Virus record (IMG/VR): IMGVR_UViG_3300017917_002434 | Location: 186,001-250,000 of that record | Strand: one strand, 5' to 3' | DNA length: 64,000 bases | Shown: piece by piece, positions 29,101 to 36,172 of the stretch | Position numbering within the stretch: the first letter of the stretch is position 1 | Layout of the letters: each line of letters starts with the position of its first letter | Made by a program: the position numbers and the translations under genes | The notes under the pieces: model-generated | What the model was told of the DNA's origin: nothing | What the model saw: the letters and a program-made list of their open reading frames with translations, nothing else | Databases searched by the model: none

Positions 29101-31232
29101 CTCTCGAAAGCATAGCAGGATTCCCTACTACGGGAATCGTTTATATCGATAACGAAATGATTTCGTACACTGGAGTTAATACCAGCCAGAACAAACTCAC
29201 AGGGTGTACTAGATCAGCACAGTTAGATCTATTCATTGCTGGTGCTAATAGAAATTTTACCGCAGGGGTAGCTGCTAATCACAGCAACGGTACAGGTGTA
29301 ATTTTAATGAATAACACTACAACACCTTTGATTAGCCACTGGGGTAGTGCGTTCTTGACCGACGGATTGTTTGATTTTGACCGTGGATACATTTTCAACT
29401 ATGCTTCTACCGGTCTAAGTGTAAGCACTGTTAAATCAACGGCTTTCCTAATTCGTCTAGCACCTAGTGTGTCAAACGCAGTTGTTGGAGATCTAGGCGA
29501 TAGAGAGCTCCTAAATAGAGCACAATTACTATTGAAAGAAATCGCAGTAACGTCAGACACAGGCTCGGGCGGTATTATTGTTGAGGGAGTATTAAATCCT
29601 CAGAATTATCCTTCTAATCCTAGCGACATTGTTTGGTCAGGTTTGTCCGGTGTTGCGGCCGGTGGTCAGCCTAGCTTCGCTCAGATAGCACCAGGAGGAT
29701 CTGTAAACTGGTCAGGCGGCGTAGCCCAACCAACAGCTACAGCCACAGCATTAAACACAGTTACCGCCAATATCACTGTACCAAATAAAACAGCATTCAA
29801 TAGACCTGCTGGTACATCATTCGTCTATGTTACACAGACTAGCTGGAATACATCAGGATCCCAGAGTGGTTTCGCTATAGCAGCTTCAGATACTAAATTC
29901 CAGTCTGGTACAACAATTTCATCCGTAGCTTCGAGTCCTAGTCCAGTAGCCACGACATTAGGAATATTAACTTCTAGTATGTCTACATTCTTTAGAAGTA
30001 TATCGGGTAATAGTATCAGCGGTAACGGTATTACTGCCACATTGAACTTTAACAACCAAGGATACGTACCGTTTCCAGTAAATTCGAGAATAACTGTTAG
30101 TGGTTTCAGTGCTTATAATGGAACTTATATCGTAACTGGAGCAGGAAATAACTTTGTACAGTTTGCCTCTACGTCGACTAACTTCCAAACAAACGGAACA
30201 GTCCAGACTGCTTACGTCGCTGGGCAGACAACATTGAACATAACAGAAGCTAGTTGGAATAACATGACTAGCCCTGTAACACAGACAGGATTTGGCGTAA
30301 CATCTTCATTTCCGGCAGGAACAACTGTCACTGGAGTTACATCGATACAAGGAACATCGCCGAACAGATACTATACCGTGACATTCAGTCAGGGTCTTAC
30401 TTCTGATTTACCGTTATCATCTACGACTATCAATACCAGTTTTGGTGGAGCAAGAACAAGCACAAATAACCTATTCTTTACCGCAGCTAGTTGGACAGCA
30501 TTACCAGTAGATGTTCCGGTTAACGGCACACTGACTAATGATCCTACCAAATTTACTGGCGGAACTATTATCAACTCTATCAGCGGCCTACAGACATTTG
30601 GCGGTACTGGATACTATTCTGTATCATTTAGTAACAACTGTATAGGAACATTAGCAGGCGGAACAACTGTCACATTTGATACTATACCTTATTTTACTCT
30701 GTTCTTGAGTAGAACTTCGGCACAGGCTGTTAATGCTAATGCCACTATAACTATGTCATTGGCACAAAACTCTGCTGTCACCAACTTTGTGTATTTTACA
30801 CAGGCCAGTTGGGAAACTCTAGTTTCGACCTATTCAGCAGGTGCCGGTACAGAAGTAGCAGATACAAAATTTGCTGCGGGTACTCGTGTTGCTACTGTGA
30901 GTACTCTAAGAACGTTTGGTGGTTCTGGATATTATGTAGTAACATTTACCCAGACGTCTAATGCTGTTGTGGCTGGCGGAAACACTATTACATTTAGATT
31001 TGGACAACCTCCATATGCGTTACCGGGCGAACAGGTATTCTCATTCATCAGTTTACCAGGAAGTTCGGACAGTCTTAACCTAGAGGACCTCAAAGAATTA
31101 ACCAATACTACCTTGGGTGGTAGAGGTACATTCCCTAACGGTCCTGACGTTTTGGCTATCAACATCTTCAAAGTATCTGGAGCAGCAGTTAACGCTAACG
31201 TAATTCTACGTTGGTCCGAAGCACAAGCCTAA
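23151..31232 (+). CDS. Giant virion structural protein (2693 aa) with five N-terminal CxRD helical repeats and Thr/Gly/Ser-rich beta repeats
   Basis: AAGGA SD; 'LLLITNTTKN..IYNF', 'DADFEYGLQPTKW', 'RYQSGKG', 'IQYSWYGAGFIDF' blocks typical of large T4-like virion proteins; repeated 'GG..Y..G..(I/L).I.G..LGG....ND'. Confidence 0.7.
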   Translation: MAKRKIDNYTFRPGISYLGNLYPDEWQSFSDNVPFIKAELTAYLNYRIDIDTEVNLYPNAVRILENNINFIKEEATAWIATQVAGNFPGFVGYTYDSAKCKRDIGFVLTAYIHDVRYGGNEDTRTIVGKYWINNEPQVDGDRQAEVKTHEFIRDLITDYILPLASYTPLQLIATRYTTGPAAEANAAARIDTLSAITTTVIANGLSSMPAISYKSAPYENYTFNSEKCQRDLGYVLDAYLHDLRYGGNEQTRLTIQKYYDNGVLQVDGSGQAEVEGHEFVRDLIINNIMQNEAGTILYPEAVRLLTLNKAYLQNEILGWIANEVTEATKCERDIGYLIDGAQYDIVLGTNYNALFLGLAEFNSLDNDFFVIDTIQRTKTAIAALPNVAASTAAVARNNAFFNEVVDIIQNGRGSANELVLAEPSNATVSRIAAKNQLVANKNFLAAEVNAWVAEQYPTADHDPVKCSRDVKYAIDALCYDILYGGNSATYDQARFFFYGFSSGAPGIDPTHRLQTVAAYVHLKQVIGQVVQNQTVTKTTGNTLTQNQTFPAASSSDAIICQNLVQITADVVAATTQTQANTILSGIVRSVPSITFATSALQTAFNAITTAKTSVINSVVVFKGYTYDSAKCIRDSGFVIDALIYDLENNGNEESRRIAQKYYIDGVFQVDGSRIPEIASYRFLQETIKNYIFPRVNAPDYQIVYPQILTAPSAEVGAYARITELTDVFINFLKDGPSSLPALSQRTVPYQTVEQQVVDTTKAYDPDAGTAILALSNALVNIIEQGLGALPVKESAGYGLIKFQGVVRLEDLLLITNTTKNVVIYNFSSNTAGGEIVPEFDGDDDFIAFKQVTDRVIHLRLNVDTSTMDETDELQIFAEAPEMKVRPYDFGTDAIERHRVASPQSMLDADFEYGLQPTKWQAIGIARGYPSVYEVPGSDFEVVSITTDASFPNNGVGASTITVTTAAPHGLSAGTPVTVAGLDTAISGISRAEGAFVLVTIPTPTTFTYFAKSRVGTTSGTSLKTTYTQIRKGGFYTGASIGLPTINLLSNGTSGTFVTQFDTPAATSRIAIASGNIPSVGSPMNAAVGIGFGSQVTAVVGAGGVVVTPTVLGDYAPTLLGLTTLTVASTSGIVIGLGANDQTGSSTFVESIVGTNVTFTRPFSGAVIGNTTTYTELTGTNEISIGSAATFNVVGSSAGYISVAVNSGGSDYQVGDVLRIVGTDLTGTTPANDLLIKVATVSGGAILTADVISGTSVMSSPNETISGINNSSYTATSPDSTIGSGATFDVTRNGTAFTSVINAGGTGYVKGTEFLILGTVFTNNTTPANDVEITVTQTTATFTGLLQDATTLSGSSAQFSITRIGATYTSLVVSFAGSGYALGEIVTIYGTQLGGNNPSNDLQIQVDNVGGGGEIIAASLVSGLVANEDAPGVISQISTAGTGDNRTTINNVPVLIVPGSGINCEFSITRTASGYTNVVVTDGGTAYLPGNRIRILGSDLGGANTTNDAIVSVTSVDSITGAITAATVTGTGVAGINLQLYSSVTLSEFTTATIASSTSLGFGTLATLQIIFQEPHGIPPGGSFIVTVSSDNGSNNHALANGSFSATQIPTRNTITFQARSPGVITGAPITGVVYPRPDSFFTHRPFDGGVQLGTGGPQHGVQAIRQSKKYIRYQSGKGVMYTTGALFAPSYDVLSILATDVEVGATIEITLGDNDHGLQRGAVIRLSGVLTGGYDGDYEVDEIVSERTFRIIATKRVGSRKPSLSFSCQISTLRWKGAVVRAGVFDDQNGIFWEYDGQTLWAVQRTSTKQLAGTISVNAGSNRITGLNSRFRDQLKAGDAVTIRGMTHIVTHVDSQTSMTVNPDYRGVSNVSNAKMSLISEVRVQQRDFNKDRLDGTGPSGYDLDITKMQMIGIQYSWYGAGFIDFMLRGSDGNYVFAHRMRNSNINTEAYMRTGNLPVRYEVSNYGATSRLVGDIGNTSTELTLESIAGFPTTGIVYIDNEMISYTGVNTSQNKLTGCTRSAQLDLFIAGANRNFTAGVAANHSNGTGVILMNNTTTPLISHWGSAFLTDGLFDFDRGYIFNYASTGLSVSTVKSTAFLIRLAPSVSNAVVGDLGDRELLNRAQLLLKEIAVTSDTGSGGIIVEGVLNPQNYPSNPSDIVWSGLSGVAAGGQPSFAQIAPGGSVNWSGGVAQPTATATALNTVTANITVPNKTAFNRPAGTSFVYVTQTSWNTSGSQSGFAIAASDTKFQSGTTISSVASSPSPVATTLGILTSSMSTFFRSISGNSISGNGITATLNFNNQGYVPFPVNSRITVSGFSAYNGTYIVTGAGNNFVQFASTSTNFQTNGTVQTAYVAGQTTLNITEASWNNMTSPVTQTGFGVTSSFPAGTTVTGVTSIQGTSPNRYYTVTFSQGLTSDLPLSSTTINTSFGGARTSTNNLFFTAASWTALPVDVPVNGTLTNDPTKFTGGTIINSISGLQTFGGTGYYSVSFSNNCIGTLAGGTTVTFDTIPYFTLFLSRTSAQAVNANATITMSLAQNSAVTNFVYFTQASWETLVSTYSAGAGTEVADTKFAAGTRVATVSTLRTFGGSGYYVVTFTQTSNAVVAGGNTITFRFGQPPYALPGEQVFSFISLPGSSDSLNLEDLKELTNTTLGGRGTFPNGPDVLAINIFKVSGAAVNANVILRWSEAQA

Positions 31233-31236
31233 AAGG

Positions 31237-31264
31237 TTGACAATCAGACTTTTTGCTGTATAAT
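31237..31264 (+). promoter_or_regulatory. sigma70 consensus (early) promoter of the heptose operon
   Basis: TTGACA (31237-31242), 16 nt, TATAAT (31259-31264); predicted +1 at about 31271, the ATG. Confidence 0.8.
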
Positions 31265-31270
31265 TACAGC

Positions 31271-31666
31271 ATGAGTCTGATTTTTGTTAACGGTTCTTTT
31301 GATATACTTCATCCAGGACACATCGAACTGCTAAACTATGCCAAAAGTTTAGGATCTCATCTCATGGTTGCCATAGATTCGGACGCTAGAATTACTAGTT
31401 TAAAAGGACCGACTCGGCCTATTAACAATCAACGTTATAGAGCGTTCATGTTAAAAAATCTTAGAGCAGTGGACGAAGTAGTAATTTTTGATTCTGACCA
31501 AGAATTAATAAACTTGATCGCTGCCTGTGATATAATGGTAAAAGGCAGCGACTATATGGGTAAACCTATCGTAGGCGAAGAAGTCTGCGATGAAATTATA
31601 TTTTTTGATAGATTATATGACTATTCAACAACAAAAATCATTCAAGATATTGTTAATCGGAGATGA
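31271..31666 (+). CDS. hldC: D-glycero-beta-D-manno-heptose 1-phosphate adenylyltransferase (RfaE domain II)
   Basis: 'NGSFDILHPGH' (HxGH), 'DSD..I..LKG..RPIN', 'VKGSDY', 'YSTT.II'; start moved to ATG 31271. Confidence 0.85.
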   Translation: MSLIFVNGSFDILHPGHIELLNYAKSLGSHLMVAIDSDARITSLKGPTRPINNQRYRAFMLKNLRAVDEVVIFDSDQELINLIAACDIMVKGSDYMGKPIVGEEVCDEIIFFDRLYDYSTTKIIQDIVNRR

Positions 31667-32366
31667 TTGTTCTGATGTGTATCAATATGGCACAGTTGAA
31701 AGGTTAAGTCCCGAAGCACCCGTGCCGGTATTTGTTCCTACCCACAAAGAAACACGGCCTGGAATGGCCGGTAATGTATCTAAGAATCTCGAAGCACTAG
31801 GGTGTGAAGTAAATTATATTCATGCTAAAACATCCACTAAAACGAGACTGATAGATAAACGCAGTAATCAACATATTGCTAGGATAGATAATGACGAAAT
31901 GTCTGAACCTATATCGTTCGAAACTGAAATACCTAAAATTTACGATGCTATTGTCGTCAGCGACTACAACAAAGGCACAGTCACATATGAACTCATCGAA
32001 GAGTTAATTGATACTAAAATTCCTGTGTTTATCGACACTAAAAAAATTGATCTAGAAAGATTCCAGGGCAGCTGGGTGAAAATTAACGCTGCTGAGTATA
32101 GACTAATTAAAAGTGAATGTACAGGATTGATCGTAACACTAGGTGAGGACGGTGCTCGAGTTATTCATCATGATATTCACTACCCAGCACCTAAAGTAGA
32201 AATCAGCGATGTCTGTGGTGCCGGAGATACATTTTTGGCTGCTCTAGCTTATAGATATTGCGAAACAAAAGACATCGACGAAGCTGTTAAGTTTGCTATC
32301 AAAGCAGCCAGTATCACAGTCCAGCATCTAGGTAATTACGCACCAACATTAGAGGAAATAAAATGA
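31617..32366 (+). CDS. hldA: D-glycero-D-manno-heptose 7-phosphate kinase (RfaE domain I, PfkB family)
   Basis: 'IGD...D.Y.YG.V.RLSPEAPVPV', 'G.AGNV..NL.ALG', 'VSDYNKG', 'DVCGAGDTF'. Confidence 0.85.
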   Translation: MTIQQQKSFKILLIGDDCSDVYQYGTVERLSPEAPVPVFVPTHKETRPGMAGNVSKNLEALGCEVNYIHAKTSTKTRLIDKRSNQHIARIDNDEMSEPISFETEIPKIYDAIVVSDYNKGTVTYELIEELIDTKIPVFIDTKKIDLERFQGSWVKINAAEYRLIKSECTGLIVTLGEDGARVIHHDIHYPAPKVEISDVCGAGDTFLAALAYRYCETKDIDEAVKFAIKAASITVQHLGNYAPTLEEIK

Positions 32367-32743
32367 CAGAAAGACTTACAGGAAAAGTAGATAAAGGATG
32401 GGGCTTTGAAATTATATGGGCTACCAACGATCACTATTGCGGAAAAATTTTAGTATTCGAAAAGGCAGGAAATAAGTTTTCTATGCACTTCCATAAAACC
32501 AAAGATGAAACTTGGTTTGTTAATTCTGGCAAATTTAAATTACGTTGGATAGATACTAAAGATGCTAAAATCTATGAACAAGAATTAAATGAAGGCGATA
32601 CTTGGCATAATCCTCCTTTACAACCTCATCAATTAGAAGCCATGACAGATGGTGCTATGGTGTTTGAAGTCAGCACAGCAGATTCTATAGAGGATAATTA
32701 TCGATTAGTACCCGGAGACAGTCAAAAGAAAGCAGAACAATGA
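32363..32743 (+). CDS. Cupin-fold sugar isomerase-like protein
   Basis: 'KGWG.E', 'SMHFH..KDETW.V..G', 'P..PH.L.A', 'EVST.D...DNYR' cupin metal motifs; translationally coupled on both sides. Confidence 0.75.
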   Translation: MTERLTGKVDKGWGFEIIWATNDHYCGKILVFEKAGNKFSMHFHKTKDETWFVNSGKFKLRWIDTKDAKIYEQELNEGDTWHNPPLQPHQLEAMTDGAMVFEVSTADSIEDNYRLVPGDSQKKAEQ

Positions 32744-33228
32744 ACATATATCTAGACATGGACGATGTTGTAGCTGATTGGTTTGGCTACGCTAGAGAGT
32801 ATCTCAATGAGCCACTGTTCAAAGATGGTGACATATTGCCCGAAGCTACTTGGCAAAAATTAAAAAATGATCAGCGTATGTATAGTAAACTTCCTGTTAA
32901 AAAGGGAGCATATGATTTAGTCAACTGGTGTAGAAATTATAGAGATACAAAAAACGCAGGACTTTATTTTCTCAGTGCTATCCCCAAAGGCAATGATATG
33001 CCCTGGGCACCTCAAGATAAAGTTTTTTGGGCACATGAATATTTTCCTGACATCCCTGTATTTTTAGGTCCATATAGTTTTGATAAGTGGGTTAGATGTT
33101 CTCCTGGAGATATCCTAATAGATGATCGTAGATCAAATTGTGAAGATTGGGAACGTGCCGGGGGCCTATCACACATATACCGCTCTTGGCCGGAATGTAA
33201 ACTTTGGTTAGAGGACATTCTAAAATGA
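32740..33228 (+). CDS. HAD-superfamily phosphatase, 5'(3')-deoxyribonucleotidase-like
   Basis: 'IYLDMDDVVADW' (DxD motif I), 'FLSA', 'K..W', 'ILIDDR..N...W..AGG'. Confidence 0.75.
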   Translation: MNIYLDMDDVVADWFGYAREYLNEPLFKDGDILPEATWQKLKNDQRMYSKLPVKKGAYDLVNWCRNYRDTKNAGLYFLSAIPKGNDMPWAPQDKVFWAHEYFPDIPVFLGPYSFDKWVRCSPGDILIDDRRSNCEDWERAGGLSHIYRSWPECKLWLEDILK

Positions 33229-34115
33229 TCATAGTAACTGGTGGTGCCGGCTTCATTGGTTCTAATATTATAAAAGGTCTAAATGATAGATCTATTTCAA
33301 ATATTATTGTTGTTGATGATATTAATCCCGATAAAGAAAAAAATCTAGAAGATTTAAAATTTTCAGATATACTTTCCCCTCAAGATTTCTACGGCATCTG
33401 GAATCACTGGCACATCGTTGATGCGGTATTTCACGAAGGTGCTATATCATCTACCACAGAAAAAGATCAAAATAAGATAGATCAGTATAATCTTCAACCC
33501 GGTTATTGGCTAGTAGAGCAGGCTGCTAGAAACAATTTTTTATTATCTTATGCTAGCTCTGCTTCAGTCTACGGTGACAGCAATACCTTTAAAGAAAAAC
33601 AGCCACTAAATCCTCAATCGCTTTATGCTACTAGTAAAATGCTGTTAGATCAATATGTCTATAGCACATTATTAGATTATCCTGATACTAGAATACAGGG
33701 TTGGAGATATTTCAACGTCTATGGAAAAAATGAAATTCACAAAAAAGATCAAGCGAGCCCGATAACGAAATTTAGTCAGCAGGCCAAAAATACAGGAAAA
33801 ATAAAAGTTTTTAAAGGCAGCGAAAATTTTCAGCGAGATTTTATCTGTGTCAGCGACATAGCCGATATTAAAATAAAATCATTAGACAAGAACTTTAATG
33901 GAATTTTTAATCTCGGTACAGGAAAAGCAATATCGTTTTTAGAAGTGGCTGAACTGATCAAAGAAAGATATTCGGCGACTATTGAAGAAGTAGAGTTTCC
34001 TCAAGAGCTTATCAATCAATACCAAAAATATACCTGTTCGGATAATACAGAATTATTGAAGGTGATAGGAAATTATGATTTTACGTCTATTAGATCTTTT
34101 CTTTCAACGACATAA
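33225..34115 (+). CDS. hldD: ADP-L-glycero-D-manno-heptose 6-epimerase
   Basis: 'MIIVTGGAGFIGSNI', 'FHEGAISSTTE', 'YASSASVYG', YxxxK (YATSK), 'RYFNVYG..E.HK', 'RDFI.V.D', 'YQKYT'; GAGGA SD before ATG 33225. Confidence 0.85.
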   Translation: MIIVTGGAGFIGSNIIKGLNDRSISNIIVVDDINPDKEKNLEDLKFSDILSPQDFYGIWNHWHIVDAVFHEGAISSTTEKDQNKIDQYNLQPGYWLVEQAARNNFLLSYASSASVYGDSNTFKEKQPLNPQSLYATSKMLLDQYVYSTLLDYPDTRIQGWRYFNVYGKNEIHKKDQASPITKFSQQAKNTGKIKVFKGSENFQRDFICVSDIADIKIKSLDKNFNGIFNLGTGKAISFLEVAELIKERYSATIEEVEFPQELINQYQKYTCSDNTELLKVIGNYDFTSIRSFLSTT

Positions 34116-34347
34116 TTTTCTTTTCTATCTCTAATCTAATATTTTTTAGTCTAGTTCTTTCTTCAGTCTGTCTCGTAAGATTAGAGATCATGTCGATCGA
34201 TTCTACAGCAGCATCTAGATTTTTCGCCTGAGACTTAAATCTCTTATAGAGTTTTTCTAACTCTGTATCTTTAGTTTCTTCGATGAGTTTTTCGTAACGT
34301 CGGCAGTCTTCGATAAAATTTTTACTTTTAGTAATAGATAGTTTCAT
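34090..34347 (-). CDS. Hypothetical coiled-coil protein (85 aa)
   Basis: Charged helical ORF coupled to the upstream minus-strand gene. Confidence 0.5.
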   Translation of the reverse strand: MKLSITKSKNFIEDCRRYEKLIEETKDTELEKLYKRFKSQAKNLDAAVESIDMISNLTRQTEERTRLKNIRLEIEKKIMSLKEKI

Positions 34348-34730
34348 AATGAACTTCCCATTAATAATATTGTGTCGATTTTAGTTTTGATTATTTTATT
34401 AGTTAATGTAGTTTTTAAACCCGTGTGTACACCTTTAGGCAAAACGTCGATCATTGACCAACAAAAAGTTTGATTATTTGACGGGACAAATTCTTGATCT
34501 ACTAAGCAGATGTAAGTAGAAAATTCAAATCCGCTGTCTTGACTAAGATATAATTCTACCGGAACTAACCTAGCATCTTTACCATAGTATTCGTAGATGA
34601 TAGCTTGAGCGTCTTCTACTACAGATTTATCTCTAACAAAGCTAGGAACTGTCCATTTGAGATCTTCTAGTATCATTAAGATTCTAGAAGTTTTTTTTGA
34701 TATAAACAGGATTCCGGCATGTTTCTGCAT
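34344..34730 (-). CDS. Hypothetical protein, possibly degenerate Nudix fold
   Basis: 'AGILF......RIL', 'F.F.TY.C.V..EF.P', 'W.....LPK.(V/L)H.GL' recall phage Nudix proteins but the GX5EX7REUXEE box is missing; start set at MQKHAG, 5 nt after TATATA. Confidence 0.4.
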   Translation of the reverse strand: MQKHAGILFISKKTSRILMILEDLKWTVPSFVRDKSVVEDAQAIIYEYYGKDARLVPVELYLSQDSGFEFSTYICLVDQEFVPSNNQTFCWSMIDVLPKGVHTGLKTTLTNKIIKTKIDTILLMGSSL

Positions 34731-34741
34731 GCCTTTATATA

Positions 34742-36172
34742 TCATCCTTCTAAATCAAAGCTCCAATATCCGGCTGTGTATTCGCCTTCGAAAGATTTAA
34801 GCCATTGGCCGTCTTCCCATTTATATTGGATGCCAGTTTTGAGATTTTTGATATAGTATGGTTGAGAAATTTCAACTGACGGATCAAAGATCACAGTCCA
34901 GTCGGTACCGTTCCATTCTACGATAGAATTAGCGACTGCTACAAAATCTGAATCATCGGAATTTTTCCAAGCATCTGCTCCGTCCGAATTAGCCACCGAA
35001 CCAATATCTTCTAATATAAGATATTTCATACCTACTAATAATCCTGTTGTGGGATCAAATGTTTGAGGATTGATAATAGCATTGATGACTAAATCAGTCT
35101 GCGGCTCAGAATCAGAATCAAAGTCTACTACTAAAAATTGACTGTCTACTTCGTTGATACTAAATGTGCCTACGAGTTCGTAACCACTAGGTTGTAAAAA
35201 TCTAATACGACTAATTCCGGGTCTGTATTTTCCATACTGAGGAATAATTTTATTCCAATCAATCGCCCCAGCGGTTTTCTTAGGTATATCTAGTCCGCTT
35301 TCTACTATAGCCTCGTTGACATCTAAGGCACTGACATAGTAAGAACCAGTCTCAACACCTGTAACTGTCTTAGAAGACAACAGTAATACTCCGAAATTTC
35401 CCGGTGTAGTAATAATAGATGTTGATTTTATGTCTTTATTATCAACTGGACTATTAAACGCTAATTCTGCTAGAGGTTTTAACTGCCCATCATCATCAAA
35501 CATATTCATGATAATGTTCTGTACCACACCAAGTTTCTTAACCTTAACTGGAGGACTGATATAAATCGGCATCTCAAAATCAAGAGAACAGATGTCTATA
35601 TCAACTTCTGTGCCTTGAGGTATAGATCGAGATGTAAAATTTGAAGCGGTTAGTTCGACTACACTTAGGCTGGTCCAATCGATATAATTATCTGTAGTTT
35701 GTACCTCTAGACTGGGGTTGAATAATACTAGTATTTGCTCTAGTAATTGTAATTTTTGATCTGTGTTAGAACTCCAGATGTCTGCCCGCATACTTAATTT
35801 AAAAGGTGTAGGCATTAGTCGTTCAACAGTATAGCCGCCCCCCTGGGTGTTGTTGTATATTGGCTCGCCGGTCTCGTCATCAAAGGATTCATACGATCTT
35901 CCTCGAATACTGACCTTACTAACATAACTAGCATCGGCTAGTCTATTTCTATCTAATTCTATTCCTGTGATATAACACGCGATCTTTGGAACACTAGGCA
36001 GTTTATTTTCTGAATTTTCTCTGATGATCTGTGCTACTTGCTTGGTAAGATCGCCATAGGCAACAGGGACTTGTTTCAGAGATCCGTCGCCGGCTTGGTA
36101 CTTAAAACCAATGAAGATTCTCATAAACTGAGTTACATATCTTCGTATCTGTCCATCATAGAAAAAATCCAT
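34742..36172 (-). CDS. gp15: Tail sheath stabiliser/terminator (T4 gp15-like) with C-terminal extension
   Basis: 'FFYDGQIRRY..QF.R.F', 'VPV.YG', 'MP.P..L....DIW..N.DQKLQ.LEQILVLFNP'. Confidence 0.7.
   Translation of the reverse strand: MDFFYDGQIRRYVTQFMRIFIGFKYQAGDGSLKQVPVAYGDLTKQVAQIIRENSENKLPSVPKIACYITGIELDRNRLADASYVSKVSIRGRSYESFDDETGEPIYNNTQGGGYTVERLMPTPFKLSMRADIWSSNTDQKLQLLEQILVLFNPSLEVQTTDNYIDWTSLSVVELTASNFTSRSIPQGTEVDIDICSLDFEMPIYISPPVKVKKLGVVQNIIMNMFDDDGQLKPLAELAFNSPVDNKDIKSTSIITTPGNFGVLLLSSKTVTGVETGSYYVSALDVNEAIVESGLDIPKKTAGAIDWNKIIPQYGKYRPGISRIRFLQPSGYELVGTFSINEVDSQFLVVDFDSDSEPQTDLVINAIINPQTFDPTTGLLVGMKYLILEDIGSVANSDGADAWKNSDDSDFVAVANSIVEWNGTDWTVIFDPSVEISQPYYIKNLKTGIQYKWEDGQWLKSFEGEYTAGYWSFDLEG

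Noticed and set aside
277-31171. Numerous 60-130 aa antisense or alternate-frame ORFs inside the large structural genes
   Set aside because: Shadow ORFs expected from the codon bias of Thr/Gly/Val-rich genes; no SD or promoter and no recognisable motifs.
31271-34115. Interpreting the heptose and glycan clusters as bacterial chromosome flanking a prophage or a chimeric assembly
   Set aside because: They are tightly interleaved with T4-like core genes, overlap phage ORFs, and the glycan island uses the same TAAATA promoters; no integrase or housekeeping genes.
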